DNA from: Hypanus sabinus
Taxonomy: Eukaryota
Direction of reading: 5' to 3'
Assembly (NCBI RefSeq): GCF_030144855.1
Contig: NC_082716.1
Coordinates: forward strand, 52,576,001 to 52,640,000
Length of the DNA: 64,000 nucleotides
Shown: in pieces, positions 51,218 through 63,847 of the stretch
How positions within the stretch are numbered: the stretch's first letter is position 1
Layout: every line of letters starts with the position of its first letter
Translations under genes and position numbers: made by a program
The notes under the pieces: model-generated
What the model was told of the DNA's origin: nothing
Databases searched by the model: none
What the model saw: only the letters and a program-made list of their open reading frames with translations

Positions 51218-52170
51218 CTGTACAAAACAACAACTTGTGTTTATGTAGGAACCTTTTAAAATAGAAGATATTTTAATATTTTAAAAAATACAACAGTACT
51301 GAAAAGATTGATAACCAGGGTGTGTCCACAAGGAAAACAGAGAACCAATGCATTTGGATATCATAACCTAACAATGAACAATATCATTGAGGGGCTGTAC
51401 GAACATTATGAAGAGGGAAAGGTCAGGGTCAGAGCTCATGAAAAAGTTATTATTGTGGAAATCAAAATAATAATTGCTTGTAATTTATTGACTTAGTTTG
51501 AAGGAGAAATTGAGTTAGGTATTGATGTCTCACAGAGCTCCAAGCAGAGGAGATAGGGTGATGACTAGTCAGCTTTTGTGGAAAGGTCAAAGGCTTATGA
51601 AAGAACATCCTCCTTGTCAAACATATTGTAGTCTGTGCCATATGCCAAATAGTTACATTAATGGAAACATTCAAAGTATACATTTTGGAACTGCTAGATT
51701 TAGAAGTCTGGCAGAGGAAATCAATAACTAATTGCTCATTTAATGTAGGGGAGTTATAAAAAGAGATTTAATGTTAAAGAGGCAGCAACTGTATCCACAA
51801 AGAAATGAGATTGTTCAAGTACGAGTGGTAAGAAAGAATTGTGCAGGTTAGACACATGTGGGTGCTGAGAGAGCAAGAGGAAGAATACACAGGGGTGAAG
51901 GTACCAATATGAATGTTGGAAACCAAGAAACCCATAAAACCATCTCTGGAGATGAAGACAATTGGATCTGGGAAAATCATTAGTAAATTGTATTCATACA
52001 CTGATTGGAGCAGGCTGAGAATATGTAAACTAACTGAAGTTAGAACATCAGGTTAGCACTTCATGTAGATTTTAACCAATTATGACCTTGCAATTTGATA
52101 AAATCAGTGAAGATATTTTATTTCAATAATCAATGGGGAATGAGTAAAAGATGTGCAAAATACAACTCAC

Positions 52171-52227
52171 CATTAACGTGACATACTGCCATTTTTGAGA
52201 AACATCACCACAATTCTGACATTTCAA
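52171..52227 (-). CDS. CZIB: CZIB exon 3
   Basis: ag|LKCQNCGDVSQKWQYVTLM|gtgagt. Confidence 0.94.
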
Positions 52228-52587
52228 CTATTGTAAAAGCATACAGATATTAATTATTGACTATTTATAATTGTGCAGTATAATTCAGTGAATTATAGTA
52301 CATTCATAAATGTTAACATAATGTTTGTGATTAATTGAAGTTTTGCCTGAAGAACTATGTGTCCTTCTTAAACACCATCCTGGGAGCATTATCACTTCAA
52401 AAGCTCCAGTGGTTTATAAGGAAAAACCACAACCTTGAGGCACTGGAGAAGGGCATCATTCAGTAACTGAGCTCCAATTCAGAATGGCAGATACAACTGT
52501 GGAGCAAGGGGAGAAAACAGCGGTAGGAAGAGAAACACGGAGTCATTTAACAATAACCGAGCTCCCTGAAGCATTGGCAGAGAAATA

Positions 52588-54168
52588 CAAACCCCATTTC
52601 CAGAAAAGTTGGGAGATTTTCTAAAATGCAATAAAAACAAAAATCTGTGATATGTTAATTCACGTGAACCTTTATTTAACTGACAAAAGTACAAAGAAAA
52701 GATTTTCAATAATTTTACTGACCAACTTAATTGTATTTTGTAAATATACACAAATTTAGAATTTGATGGCTGCAACACACTCAACAAAAGTTGGGACAGA
52801 GGCATGTTTACCATTGTGTTACATCACCTTTCCTTTTAATAACACTTTTTAATCGTTTTGGAACTGAGGATACTAATTGTAGAAGATCTGCAATTGGAAA
52901 TTTTGTCCATTCTTGCTTGATATAAGACTTCAGCTGCTCAACAGTCTGTGGTCTCTGTTGTCTGATTCTCCTCTTCATGATGCGCCGTACATTTTCAATA
53001 GGAGATAGATCTAGACTGGCAGCAGGCCAGTCAAGCACACACACTCTGTGTCTACAAAGCCATGCTGTTGTAGCCCATGTAGAATGTGGTCTGGCATTGT
53101 CCTGCTGAAATAAGCATGGACGTCCCGGGAAGAGACGTCGCCTTGATGGCAACATATGTCTCTCTAAAATCCTAATATACGCCTCAGAGTCAATGGTACC
53201 TTCACATACATGCAACTCACTCATGCCGTGGGCACTGATGCACCCCCATACCATCACAGATGCTGGCTTTTGCACCTTTCGCCGATAACAATCAGGATGG
53301 TCATTTTCATCTTTGGCACGGAGAACTCGACGCCCGTTTTTTCCAAAAACTAGCTGAAATGTGGACTCAGCACACGGTTCCACAGTCTTTCGGTCCACCT
53401 GAGATGAGCTTGGGCCCAGAGACCTCACCGGCATTTCTGCAGAGTTGATGTATGACTTCCTCCTTGCATAATAGAGTTTCAAGTTGTATTTCTGGATGCA
53501 GCGACAGACTGTGTTAAGTGACAATGGTTTTCCGAAGTACTCCCACGCCCAGGTGGCTATAATTGTCACAGTAGCGTGACGGTTTCTTAGGCAGTGCCAT
53601 CTGAGGACTGGAAGATTACGCGCATTCAACAATGGTTTCCGACCTTGCCCTTTATGCACTGAGATGTCTCTGAATTCTCTGAATCTCTTCACAATATTAT
53701 GTACTGTAGATGTTGAAAGACCTAAATTCTCTGCAATCTTGCCTTGGGAAATGTTCCTTTTGAACTAACAATTCTCTCACGAATTTTGGCACAAAGGACT
53801 GAGCCACGACCCATCCTTGCTTGCAAAGACTGAGCTTTTGATGGACTCTACTTTTATACCCAAACATGATACCTCACCTGCTACCAATTAGCCTGCTTAA
53901 TGTGGAGTCTTCCAAACCGGTGTTACGTGAATATTCTGTGCACTTTTCAATCTTATTTTAACTCTGTCCCAACTTTTGAGTATATTGCGGCCATCAAATT
54001 CTAAATTTGTGTAGATTTACAAAATAGAATTAAGTTGGTCAGTAAAACTATTGAAAATCTTTTCCTTGTACTTCTGTCAGTGAAATAAAGGTTCACGTGA
54101 ATTATCATCAGATTTTTGTTTTTATTGCATTTTGGAAAATATCCCCACTTTTCTGGAAATGGGATTTG
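52588..54168 (-). mobile_element. Full-length Tc1 transposon (D34E spacing), frameshifted transposase 52808-53814
   Basis: TA-flanked ~210-bp TIRs caaaccccatttccagaaaagttggga; VMVWGC, FQQDNARPH-(34)-SPIEN. Confidence 0.93.
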
Positions 54169-54544
54169 TACAAACATACAAGAATATCTTAAGTGGGTGG
54201 TGATGGAGGAGTGTTGGGTGGTTATTAAACTAAAACCCAGGTATGGCCACGTAGCAGTGCCGATGTTATGTTGTTGTCAGAAACTGCTCTATCCAAAAAC
54301 ACTGAGCTACAGTTATAGGGCAGTTTCAAGACTGGAACTTAAGGGATTGTAGATGTGACAATACAGTAATGGGCTGTTCTCTTCTCTTAAACTAACTGGG
54401 CCGCCTTTATGTCCAAGCCTTTTGTACAAATGGTCACAGTCACAGAGCAGTGCAGTTGTGCAGCTTGATCACGATCTTACAATACAGTTCCTTCCTCAAC
54501 TCAGCCCTCCACCCATAATAGATACAGAAGAGTGTGCTCCATTG

Positions 54545-55025
54545 TCACTGGTGACCCCTACACATCCCCCCCCACACAGTAGCCCAATCACTGGGGGCCC
54601 TCAGTTCTATACCCAGAGTATCCAGTCATAGGGGACCCTTGCCCTACACCCATCCAGACACCCAGTGTGTTCACAGTCCTACACCTGTATACAGTGTGTC
54701 AACGGCCACTGGGGACCCCTGCCCTTCACTCATTCCCACCCACAATTTGTCCAAAGACCAACAACCACACAGTGCGTCCGCAGTCCTACATCCACACAGT
54801 GCGTCCACAGTCACTTGGGCAAGGCCCCTGCCCTTCACTCATCCCCACCCACAATATGTCCACAGACCAACACCCACACAGTGCGTCCACAGTCACTGGG
54901 GCCCCTGCCCTTCACTCATCCCCACCCACAATATGACCACAGTCACTGGGACCCCTGCACTTCACTCATCCCCACCCACAATATGACCACAGTCACTGGG
55001 ACCCCTGCCCTACATCCAGACCCTC
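54545..55025. repeat. C-rich minisatellite, ~49-bp core unit, in CZIB intron 2
   Basis: Repeated cacagtcactggggacccctgcccttcactcatccccacccacaatatg plus shorter cacacagtgcgtc subunits. Confidence 0.85.
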
Positions 55026-55052
55026 CGTACACATTTCTTGTAGCTGCTCCAC

Positions 55053-55136
55053 CTTCAAGAACCAGCGAAAATCTTCTCCGTCCGGCTGCAGCTTACTGAT
55101 ATTTTCCAAAGTCGCTTTGAACTGGAGACCAAACTT
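55053..55136 (-). CDS. CZIB: CZIB exon 2
   Basis: ag|KFGLQFKATLENISKLQPDGEDFRWFLK|gtggag. Confidence 0.94.
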
Positions 55137-55218
55137 CTGCAAAAATAATCAATCTAAAATTAACCCAGTAACAAAAAATAAACCAAATGCCACAGAAACC
55201 TCCGCGGACGTCACTCAC

Positions 55219-55224
55219 CCCCAT
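55219..55224 (-). CDS. CZIB: CZIB exon 1 coding part (Met-Gly)
   Basis: aagATGGGG|gtgagt, strong Kozak context, 82-nt first intron. Confidence 0.88.
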
Positions 55225-55283
55225 CTTCAGCCTGCCATCGATTTACGGCCTATTGGCGCAAAGTAATTACGACAGCGCCGCTG

Positions 55284-55317
55284 CAGCGCCCCCTAGACAT
55301 CGCTGCCGCCACTGCAG
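55284..55317 (-). promoter_or_regulatory. Candidate CTCF site with upstream module, in the CZIB promoter
   Basis: Minus strand ctgcagtggc...tgtctagggggcgctg. Confidence 0.55.
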
Positions 55318-56130
55318 TCAACTGCCCAGCTATTCACCCTGGGCGACCATGTAGCTGAGTCATTGACTTTATTTCCAAGTTTACAAGTAAAAAATAATTG
55401 CATTTTAAGAAATATTTAAAAAAAGCCTTCGTAAACGGGCCTTCGGATGATTTTTTTTGCGATGGTATTCAGTAAGACTTATGCCAGCTCTGACAACTAC
55501 CTGTCCCTGGATTCGTTGATTTGAAAAAAAACTATTGCGGCACTGAATATGATTTGCAACTGAGTATCATCAGCTGTTTAGAGTAGCACTTTCCAAAGAC
55601 TGATTTCCCTCTGGATAAAGAAACTTTTTCTCTTTTTTTTCCTCCAGCCATCCCCTTATTATGATTCTGAAATTGCTGAACGCAGGAATCTCAGTCGGGA
55701 AAAACATGAATCCTGTATTCCCCCCATATGGATTTTGTACATTTTAATATCATTATTATTCTTTCTTAAAATAAGTAAAGGCCCAGTGGATTTCACAAAC
55801 CCACTATTGCAGAAGTCGATTTGGTGAAGCTTCACTGAACTCAGACCTGTACACAATATTCTAGCCAAGGTCCCTAATTTGAACACGATTTATCTGCTCT
55901 CAATAAACACTTTTAAATATACCACTTCAATTACAGCTCCATGGCTTTATCCTGTAAACCTTCTGGGGAAAACTTCTTTACTGCATTTAAAATATTCCAT
56001 ATAAATGCTTGTGAAAAAGCAAGATTGCTAAACATTTATTGCTAGTGGTATCACATTGAAATTATATAGCATTGTATAGATAAGGGGCAAAAATGATACT
56101 ATGGTTAGAATCAAAACAATAAAAATACTT

Positions 56131-56265
56131 CAAACATGAGGAAATCTGCAGATGCTGGAAATTCAAACAACAACACACACAAAATGCTGGTGGAACACAG
56201 CAGGCCAGGCAGCATCTATAGGGAGAAGCGTTGTCAACGTTTTGGGCCGAGACCCTTCATCAGGA
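56131..56265 (-). mobile_element. Penelope-pLTR-derived short element with TSD and hammerhead motif (56233-56265)
   Basis: TSD aaaaatacttca (56121-56132, 56266-56277; the terminal ca is ambiguous with the element start); minus tcctgatgaagggtctcggcccaaaacgttgac. Confidence 0.85.
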
Positions 56266-57491
56266 AAAAATACTTCAGTTGGTGGAAATCCAAAATTTAA
56301 AAAAAAAATCAGAAAATGCTCCGAACACTAAAATCTGGCAAAATCCATGAAAACCCTCCCAACTCTGGTTGCAACTTTATACAACATAGCCCTAGACCTA
56401 TAAATTTACTCCCTTTCCACAAATTTTGCCTGATCTGCCGATTGTTTTCAACAATTCCTGTTTTTAAAATCTTAAAATGCACAATAGACTTTTAGTGTTA
56501 GATGGCCCATACCTTCCCCTATTGTTACTTACATAGCACTCAATTTATAATAGGGTTATATTTCTTGGGTCCTTTATTCCTATACATTCCCTATGAGATT
56601 TATTTCAAATGGACTAAGTGACACACAAGAACCAAGGTCTGAGCCCAAGTATTCAATGGTGTCATCAAAGTTTATATGACATTTGTTATGCCTCAACTAA
56701 TACAGGGCTGAAATCACCTCAGCATACCCGAAGCTTCTAAAAAAAATCCGACTTTCCACTACACCGCATAGTTATAACACTGGGTGGTTTTCAGACCTCA
56801 AGAAAATAGTCTGGTGTAATTATACATCCAAATAAACTTTTAATATAGCTACCTTCTCTAGCACATTATCAAAAAATGTGCACAAACTTCCAGAGTAAAA
56901 TTTAAAAATCGAATGGGGAAATGAACCATGAAGATAATTTAACAAAGCACAGAATTTCCTCGAGTAAACATTGGGCATTAAAAATACATCAGAGGGAAAA
57001 AATTCTTAGAAATATAAGCTATTGTGGATATAAACAAAAGAAACTAATGAAAATATGTATTCTTCAAGATTTTAATTATTCTTATATTGGCAAACATCGA
57101 GCCAGAGCAATCATATTCTTTCCACTGACAGAGATTTCTGATGTTGATCTGGTGTTGCTGGTAAGGCAAAGCATCTTCAGTAATCAAAATTGCAGGAAGT
57201 GGACCTAAACCCTGTCAACCAGGAGTACTTTTTTAAAATATAAAATAATATACAATTGTCTGCAGTTAAGATGATACCCAACCTCTAATCTTGGCTTCAT
57301 ACTATCCTCTAACTACAAAACTCTATAAAGACTCTGGTGGCATGTTTCATAAAAGCTGTTATATACTCCAAAACATTTGCTTTCTTGATTAATAAAACCT
57401 TTAGAAATACATTACGAAATAGCAATACCGGTTAGTGACTTCTTTAATTCATTAAAAGTGAACTTCCAGCAGCAAACAAATGTAAATGATG

Positions 57492-57497
57492 TTTATT
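57492..57497 (-). terminator. Candidate MAGOH polyadenylation signal
   Basis: AATAAA on minus, ~205 nt after the stop. Confidence 0.55.
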
Positions 57498-57700
57498 TTA
57501 ATATAAAAAGTAATAGTTTATAAAGATGGAATTATTTATATTCACATTAAAAAAAATTACCAAATCCACAATCCACATTAGACAAAGTTAGTTCCTGTAA
57601 CAAAGAGTCACCCCAAGCCAATTATTACTATCCTTTATTTCCCCCACCACCCACTTCAATCCATCCCCAAATCCATCATCCTTGTATGGACATCAAATTC

Positions 57701-57800
57701 TTAGATGGGCTTGATCTTGAAATGTAGCCCGATGAGACTGAAAACTAGGCATTTCAAGTCTTGTACCAGGTAGTAGAATACTCGAAGACCCTCCGGATCC
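57701..57800 (-). CDS. MAGOH: Mago nashi homolog (EJC core), exon 5
   Basis: ag|[36 protein letters not shown]. Confidence 0.97.
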
Positions 57801-58185
57801 CTAGAAGCAAACATATATTTTGTTCCATTTAAACAAAGCATTGCCAGTAGAATAATGTAAAACTAGCAGATTTCTACCTAATGATCTGTGCAAAGGTAAA
57901 ATATATCTTTTAAATTATCAGTTATTTATTCCATCAGACCACGTCCTCTTCTTTCTCAAAAATACTGACTTATTCTGGAATGTGCGATTGAAGGCATGGA
58001 CTTCTTTCTCTGCATCTCATTAAAGCTGCCATCCTTCAATTAGCTATTTACATGACAAGCCTAAACTTGTCTTAGATGTAGCTTTTTTTTAAAAAGAGGT
58101 GTTAATAATGAATTTTCTATAGCATGATGGAGGAGCCATCAATAACAAGCAACCCTACCATTTTGGTTACTGACTTGTTTTAGAA

Positions 58186-60237
58186 TAGTGGTTCCCAAAG
58201 TGTGCAATCCAAGTTTCTGAGGGGACTGCCAATCAATAGCAAGGGGAGGGACTTAATTTAAGAAACAAATTACTTTGAACACAAGCTCAATATTTTCAAT
58301 CACCATTGGGGTAGGCAGGATTCTTTTCCTTTTGAGGCATTGGGTTAAATCAAGCTACAGCAACAACGTGATGACATAAGCAGCATCACTAGAGAACAAA
58401 TCCATTGCAAAAGTTGCATGTGGCAGCAGTAACAGGAGGGAAAGACACAGTACGAGAGGGGAAGGCTGTAGTTACATACTAAAGGTATGATTTTGTCATT
58501 AAAGGACTGAAAAGGAACAGAGGTGACAGGGGTTGTGGGGAACAATTAGAAGCCCCGGTACTGGCAAGAGGCTGTAATGGTTGCATGCTTCATACAACAT
58601 TTCAATTCTCATTGCTAAATCTGGAATGCCTCATTCAACTGGAGAAAAATTAATTCTATCAGCGGCAAGGGAGGTTCTGCGTATGGTTTTGCGTAACTCA
58701 ATAGCCCAAATAATTAAACTGATTCTGGTCAGTGACTACTCTGTTAATAGATGGAATACCTGAGAATGTGGAAGACACATTGTGCAATATACCTAGGACA
58801 ACAGAACTTGCTCAGCAATTGGAAGAGTCCATTTAACAAGGAATGACTCTTTGCTTCTTGGATATGCTCACTTCATTAAAGATGAAGAGTTGCTATTTTC
58901 AAGGGGATGTCGAAGGGGACATTCTACACACCAACATTCTTGTTTGTACAATAGAGGGAAGACTGAACCCTGGAGCCAGTATGGGGTTAGTACTTCCTTG
59001 AAAAAAAAGCTGTGCTCAATATTTTTATCATTCATGGGGTAATTCACAGAGAACACCTCGTTGCAAAAAAAACCTGTAATCAGCCACACAAATCATTAAA
59101 TACTGTTATCTCAGCAGTAAATAAACTCAAGTCCCATGCTTTCAATTCTTGACCATTTTGAGAGCCTTGTATTGAGAATGATGAACAGTTTGAAGGTTTG
59201 CTGTTGTACCCAGAAGTCAGAAGGCCCTCAAAAGGAAACTGCTGAGGTGCACTTGAAACTATGATAAAGTTATTTAAGACTGAAGTACTTAATTAAGTAA
59301 TCAATTTAAGAATATTAGGCCTAACATTGTTTATTTGTCAGAATTATTCGCAGAGTATAATGAAATCAACATTCAACTGCAAGGTAATGATATGAATCTT
59401 ATCAAAGTTAAATCAGTCATCTCCGCATTTCTGTCCAAGTTAACTGTATTTAAGTGCAACATTAGCCATTGTGATCCTTTCCAATATTTCAGCCGATCTG
59501 AGTTGGACGAGAAAAGAAAGAAAGATGTGTACTGTGCCCACCTAGGTGAACTCCAAAAAAACAAGTCAGAGAGATTGCAGGATCTTCCAAACTTCAGAAT
59601 GGGTAATAATCCATTTCTTAACACTTGTAATAAAGAATTAACAGGAAGGATGGAGGAAGAATTCATCTTGCTACAAAATAACTGAGCTGAAGCCAAGGTT
59701 CAAAAAAAATTATACCAAGACTTTTGGTGGCATAAAAAGACTGAACTCTATCCTACACTGTGGAAAAAGGTCATGATGTATTTTATTGCCTTAACAGCAT
59801 AGTATTTAGTGAAGAGCAGTTTTAGTGCAGTCACTCAACTTTTTTTAAAAGCAATCAAACAGTCTGCAAATTACTAAACACAGGGATCTGAGACTCCATC
59901 TGAGTGACATTCAGTCTGATGATCAGAAGCTGGTATCACTGCACCTAGCTCACCCATCTCATTGAAACATGAAAGAATAATGAAGTAGTGAATAGTTGGA
60001 CAAATAATGTACACACTCAAATTGTTGATGAAATTTATTTTTACTTTTCTATATAGCTTTAAAAAGATCTGAATAATTTTTTGGAAATTATTTGTCACTG
60101 CTTTTAATTTACAGTTCCTATTTTCTTTCACAGTGCATTATAAAAAACTGTACAATTTTGATTTATGTAATGGCCAGAAAGGGTGTAGGGGCACTGGGAG
60201 TCAAGGGGGCAGTAACCCAAAAGTTTGGGAAGTTCTG
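58186..60237 (+). mobile_element. hAT (Charlie/Buster-type) transposon fossil in MAGOH intron 4
   Basis: Ends tagtggttcccaaa / tttgggaagttctg; ASYNISILIAKSGMPHSTGEKLIL, YPEVRRPSKG (decayed HTEVRWLSKG), NEINIQLQGNDMNLIK. Confidence 0.82.
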
Positions 60238-60314
60238 TTTCCTCAATAAAGTAATACATTGTTGCCTATACCATTTTTAATAGATTTTCCCCATTTTTTC
60301 AAAGATACACTTAC

Positions 60315-60397
60315 TTGGATTGGTTAACATCAATTAAAGAGCCAATCTTAGATGTTGTAAATGAAATATGTTCATCTCCTATTACAATTTCCAGTTC
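60315..60397 (-). CDS. MAGOH: MAGOH exon 4
   Basis: ag|ELEIVIGDEHISFTTSKIGSLIDVNQS AA|gtaagt. Confidence 0.97.
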
Positions 60398-60829
60398 CTG
60401 TTATAAACAAAATATGAAAAAGGACAATTATTTATGCATATTTCACAAGAGGATCATTTTAATTGTTAGAGTTGGTTGATGCATTTCATTGACCACTACA
60501 TTAATCACATGCAATCAATTAATATAGAAAAGATGCAGACAATGGCTTTTCGAAACTGCAGAATTAAAGCTACCCATTACTTTCAACAAAGTGACAGTTG
60601 TTGCAAAATTAATCCTGTATCCCAGTGCCATTATTACCCAAACTATCTGACTGTTGAATTAATCAATATTCCTTTCACAGACTCCTTTACTGATAAACAA
60701 ATGTTTTTAAATATTAGATTTCAATACAAGGTTTCAATCATTCCAGTATTTATCTTGCACTGTGACCATCAGAAAAAGTACACCATGGAATCAAAATAAT
60801 ATGCTGCATGAGCAGAATAACTCAATATT

Positions 60830-61050
60830 AGACCACAGGACATAGGAAGAGAATTAGGCCATTTGACCCACCAAGTCTGCTCTGCCATTCAACCAAGGCT
60901 GATTTATTCTCCCTCTTAATCCCATTGTCTTACCTTTTCCCCAAAACCATTCATGCCCTTATTAATCAACCTTCATTTGAATATACCCAATTACTTGACA
61001 CCTACAGCCAGTGGTAATGAATTTCAGAGATTCACTACCCTCTGGCTAAG
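60830..61050 (-). mobile_element. CR1 3' tail fragment
   Basis: gacataggaagagaattaggccattt...ttcactaccctctggctaag, same family as 21235. Confidence 0.7.
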
Positions 61051-61728
61051 CATTGCGGCTCTATATAGATAATTTAATATAACTTCCACTCTTACTCTTA
61101 CCTACTGCCTCGCACTACTGTGGAAATTTCAATTTAAACCAGAACCCCAGATCAATTCACATTTCTTGTTATCTTCAATAACTTGAACTGATAGAGCATC
61201 TTTAAAAAGTTCTAAATAACTTTGGTAACAGATAACAAAGCATGCAAGAAATTGGAGATGAAGAGAAATGCAGAAGTTTAGGGAACTAATTCCACAGAAT
61301 AAGAATTTTAGTTCCATGATGACAAGAAAGCACATGCAGACCATCAAAAACAGGTATGAAAAGTAATTTGAAATTGAGCTGAAGCAACAGGATGGGTGCT
61401 CTGAGTAGATTTATATTTGTGGTGAGCACATTGTTGTAGTTAAACCTTAAGAGTGGCAATAGAAAAACACGTGCACAGATGGTCTGCAATGCAGTGAAGG
61501 TGTTGTATGACTAAGGAGTCTGACACTGAGAATGGAGGTGAATTACTACTTTCCTTCCTGATAGAAGAACACCAAGGCTAAATGTAGCAATCACACTCAA
61601 CAACTGATGTTAATAATGAACAAAGACTGTTGAATACATATCTTAATTACAAATTATGCTATATCTTTACCTCCAGGAAACCATGGGTCAAGTACTTTGT
61701 ACACCTATACTGTATGTAGGATCCTTAA

Positions 61729-62297
61729 GGTTGTCATAGCTGGGGGAGGTAATGGGGATAACCTCCCACTACCCTATTAAATGGTGTGTGGCTCAAATAG
61801 GCACTGACTACCAAGTCCAGCTTCAGGCTCTCACATGTGGCTTATCTACTAAGCATGGTGGAATCGTTACTACTGACCAGAGAAGGGCCAAAGGCAGGTT
61901 ACTGGCACCTTAAAACCAGTCGCTTTAGACAGATGGGGTTCATCAACCGAGGTCAGCAGTTCATCTAGAAGGAAATTTCTCATCTTAAACCTCCACTGCC
62001 TTGTGGCTATACCCACCCATGAGGAAGGCCTTCAGAGTAAATCCCGAGGAAAAATCTGGAGCTGGATTCCCTAAGACAGTCCTACGTGAGTTCAACGTTG
62101 ACTGGCAACTCCTGCGATACTGCTGATGCCAAACTGAATTTGGTCTCTGTGTTCCTTTGGATTCATTAGCTGTGTGGAAAGGGGGAGCATCCTACACGGG
62201 CAACAGCTTGTTCCTCATATGGTACTGCCCTGGCTTGCATATCATGTAGACACTGGGACACAGCATCCATGGCTGACCCTAAACAACAGAGGGCCTC
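61729..62297 (+). mobile_element. Non-coding interspersed element, probably a non-autonomous retroelement
   Basis: GC-richer block in an AT-rich intron; 3' part homologous to 37170-37365; family not securely assigned. Confidence 0.5.
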
Positions 62298-63489
62298 TAC
62301 ATCTTAGTATTATTTACGATGGGACCCACTATAACAATCAAAATTGAGATAATTAAAAGTATGCTTGATGTCATATTTAAAATTTTGCCCCTTAGATTTA
62401 GATGTTAATTGCAGAAATTTAAGGATTTGTATTATAAAATATCAACAGTACATTTTTCTGGTTGGTGGAGCCCAAAATATAATTGTTTCAGTTTTACTTA
62501 TGCTGATTTGGAAGCTGTTGACTCGTCAGTCAAAAAACAACATAGAGCAGAAAATCAGCACAAGTGAAGGACAGACGAGGTTGCATACAACTGATGAAAG
62601 TATGCTATTGAGATGGTATCAGTAGAAGCAAAAATAAACAAGTGAAATTGGAAGGAGAAAACACTGATATATTATTGTCACATGTATCGAAAAAACTTTG
62701 TCTGCATGCCATCCATACTTAATAAAAAGAAAACAATGCTGAATACAGAGTGTAGCAGCTACAGATAAAATGCAGTGCAGGTAAACAAATAAAGTGAAAA
62801 AGCCACAAGGAGATAAATTGGGAAATCTCAAATTCATCTTTGGCATAGTCTGTTCACAAATGAAGTAATTGCAGGATAAAAGCAGTCCTCAAGTCTGATA
62901 GTACTTGGATCGTTGAAGAGTGGGTCAAAGTTTAGTGCTAAATGCACAAATCATCGTTGCTGTGAGAAGATTTCTGCGTATAAAGGACCTTTCATGATTT
63001 CAGTGCATTCCAAAGTGTTCTATGGAAGTTGATGTAGTTTAATGGTTTTACTCTTTTGTCGGTTTAAAAAAAATCAATATAAGGATAGAATGCTGCTGGA
63101 CAAAGCTGCATTCAAGTGTATGGTGCAAAAGCTAAAAAATTCCAGATTCTGGAATTAAACACAGGCAGCCTCTGATGAACTGACATCGATCTGGAATAGC
63201 AACATTAAGCAGATGCTGCCTGACATGCTGTTTTTATTTAACATAGCTTGTGTCTGATAAATTAGCTAGTGGTGCCTTTACAGCAATGCAGGCATCAATT
63301 TTTTTTTTATATTTGAATTTTAAAAGTTGGTTAGTTTTTAGGGAAGGAATCTAAATAAAAAATCCCGTCCAATTTACATACTAGATTTAATCAACGTTTA
63401 CTGAGCTTATGCAAACGGAAATGCATCATATTTTCACAAGTAGTCAAGCAGATATTTTTTGATAGCATAACAAAGGGAAAGGTACTGAC

Positions 63490-63600
63490 CTGTCGTCCTA
63501 CTCGATCAGGTGGAGGCCACAAAGCATCATCTTCTTTTGTGATTTCACTATCTTCTATGATTCGCTTCAGCTCTTCCATTACACTTTTATGGACATATGC
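63490..63600 (-). CDS. MAGOH: MAGOH exon 3
   Basis: ag|[37 protein letters not shown]|gtcagt. Confidence 0.97.
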
Positions 63601-63847
63601 CTATCAAAATAAGAATTATATGAACAAAGTATCAGAATTATCAGAACACAGTAATATATGTATTAAAATGCATATCACAAGAAAACTAAATTCTAAAACT
63701 TCCAAAATTACTTTTCATCAAATTTAAGTTAAATCTATCTCAGAAAAAATACAATTTTACTATCTAAATAACTAGTTCAGAACTTAACTGCCACAAATTA
63801 CGAATTTTCTCCAACTCAAAAGACTCAAAAGTTTTAAATATGCTTAC

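Larger units (their letters stand above)
38596..55224 (-). other. CZIB: CZIB (C1orf123) gene span, 8 coding exons, 483 nt, 160 aa
   Basis: Exons 6+84+57+82+32+78+66+78 nt join in frame; two CxxC motifs (CQNC, CKLC). Confidence 0.94.

Noticed and set aside
54545-55099. CRISPR-like array or Pro/His/Thr-rich ORFs in the repeat
   Set aside because: No unique spacers and no cas genes; it is an intronic minisatellite and the ORFs are stop-free repeat frames.
57640-57682. G-quadruplex in the MAGOH 3'UTR
   Set aside because: Only three tracts of three or more G, so not a canonical motif.
58581-59900. Domesticated ZBED8/FAM200/SCAND3-like gene
   Set aside because: Multiple stops and frameshifts, a decayed catalytic motif and transposon-like ends indicate a fossil hAT element.
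20409-63847. U12-type or non-canonical introns
   Set aside because: All traced introns are GT-AG and none has a GTATCC/ATATCC donor.
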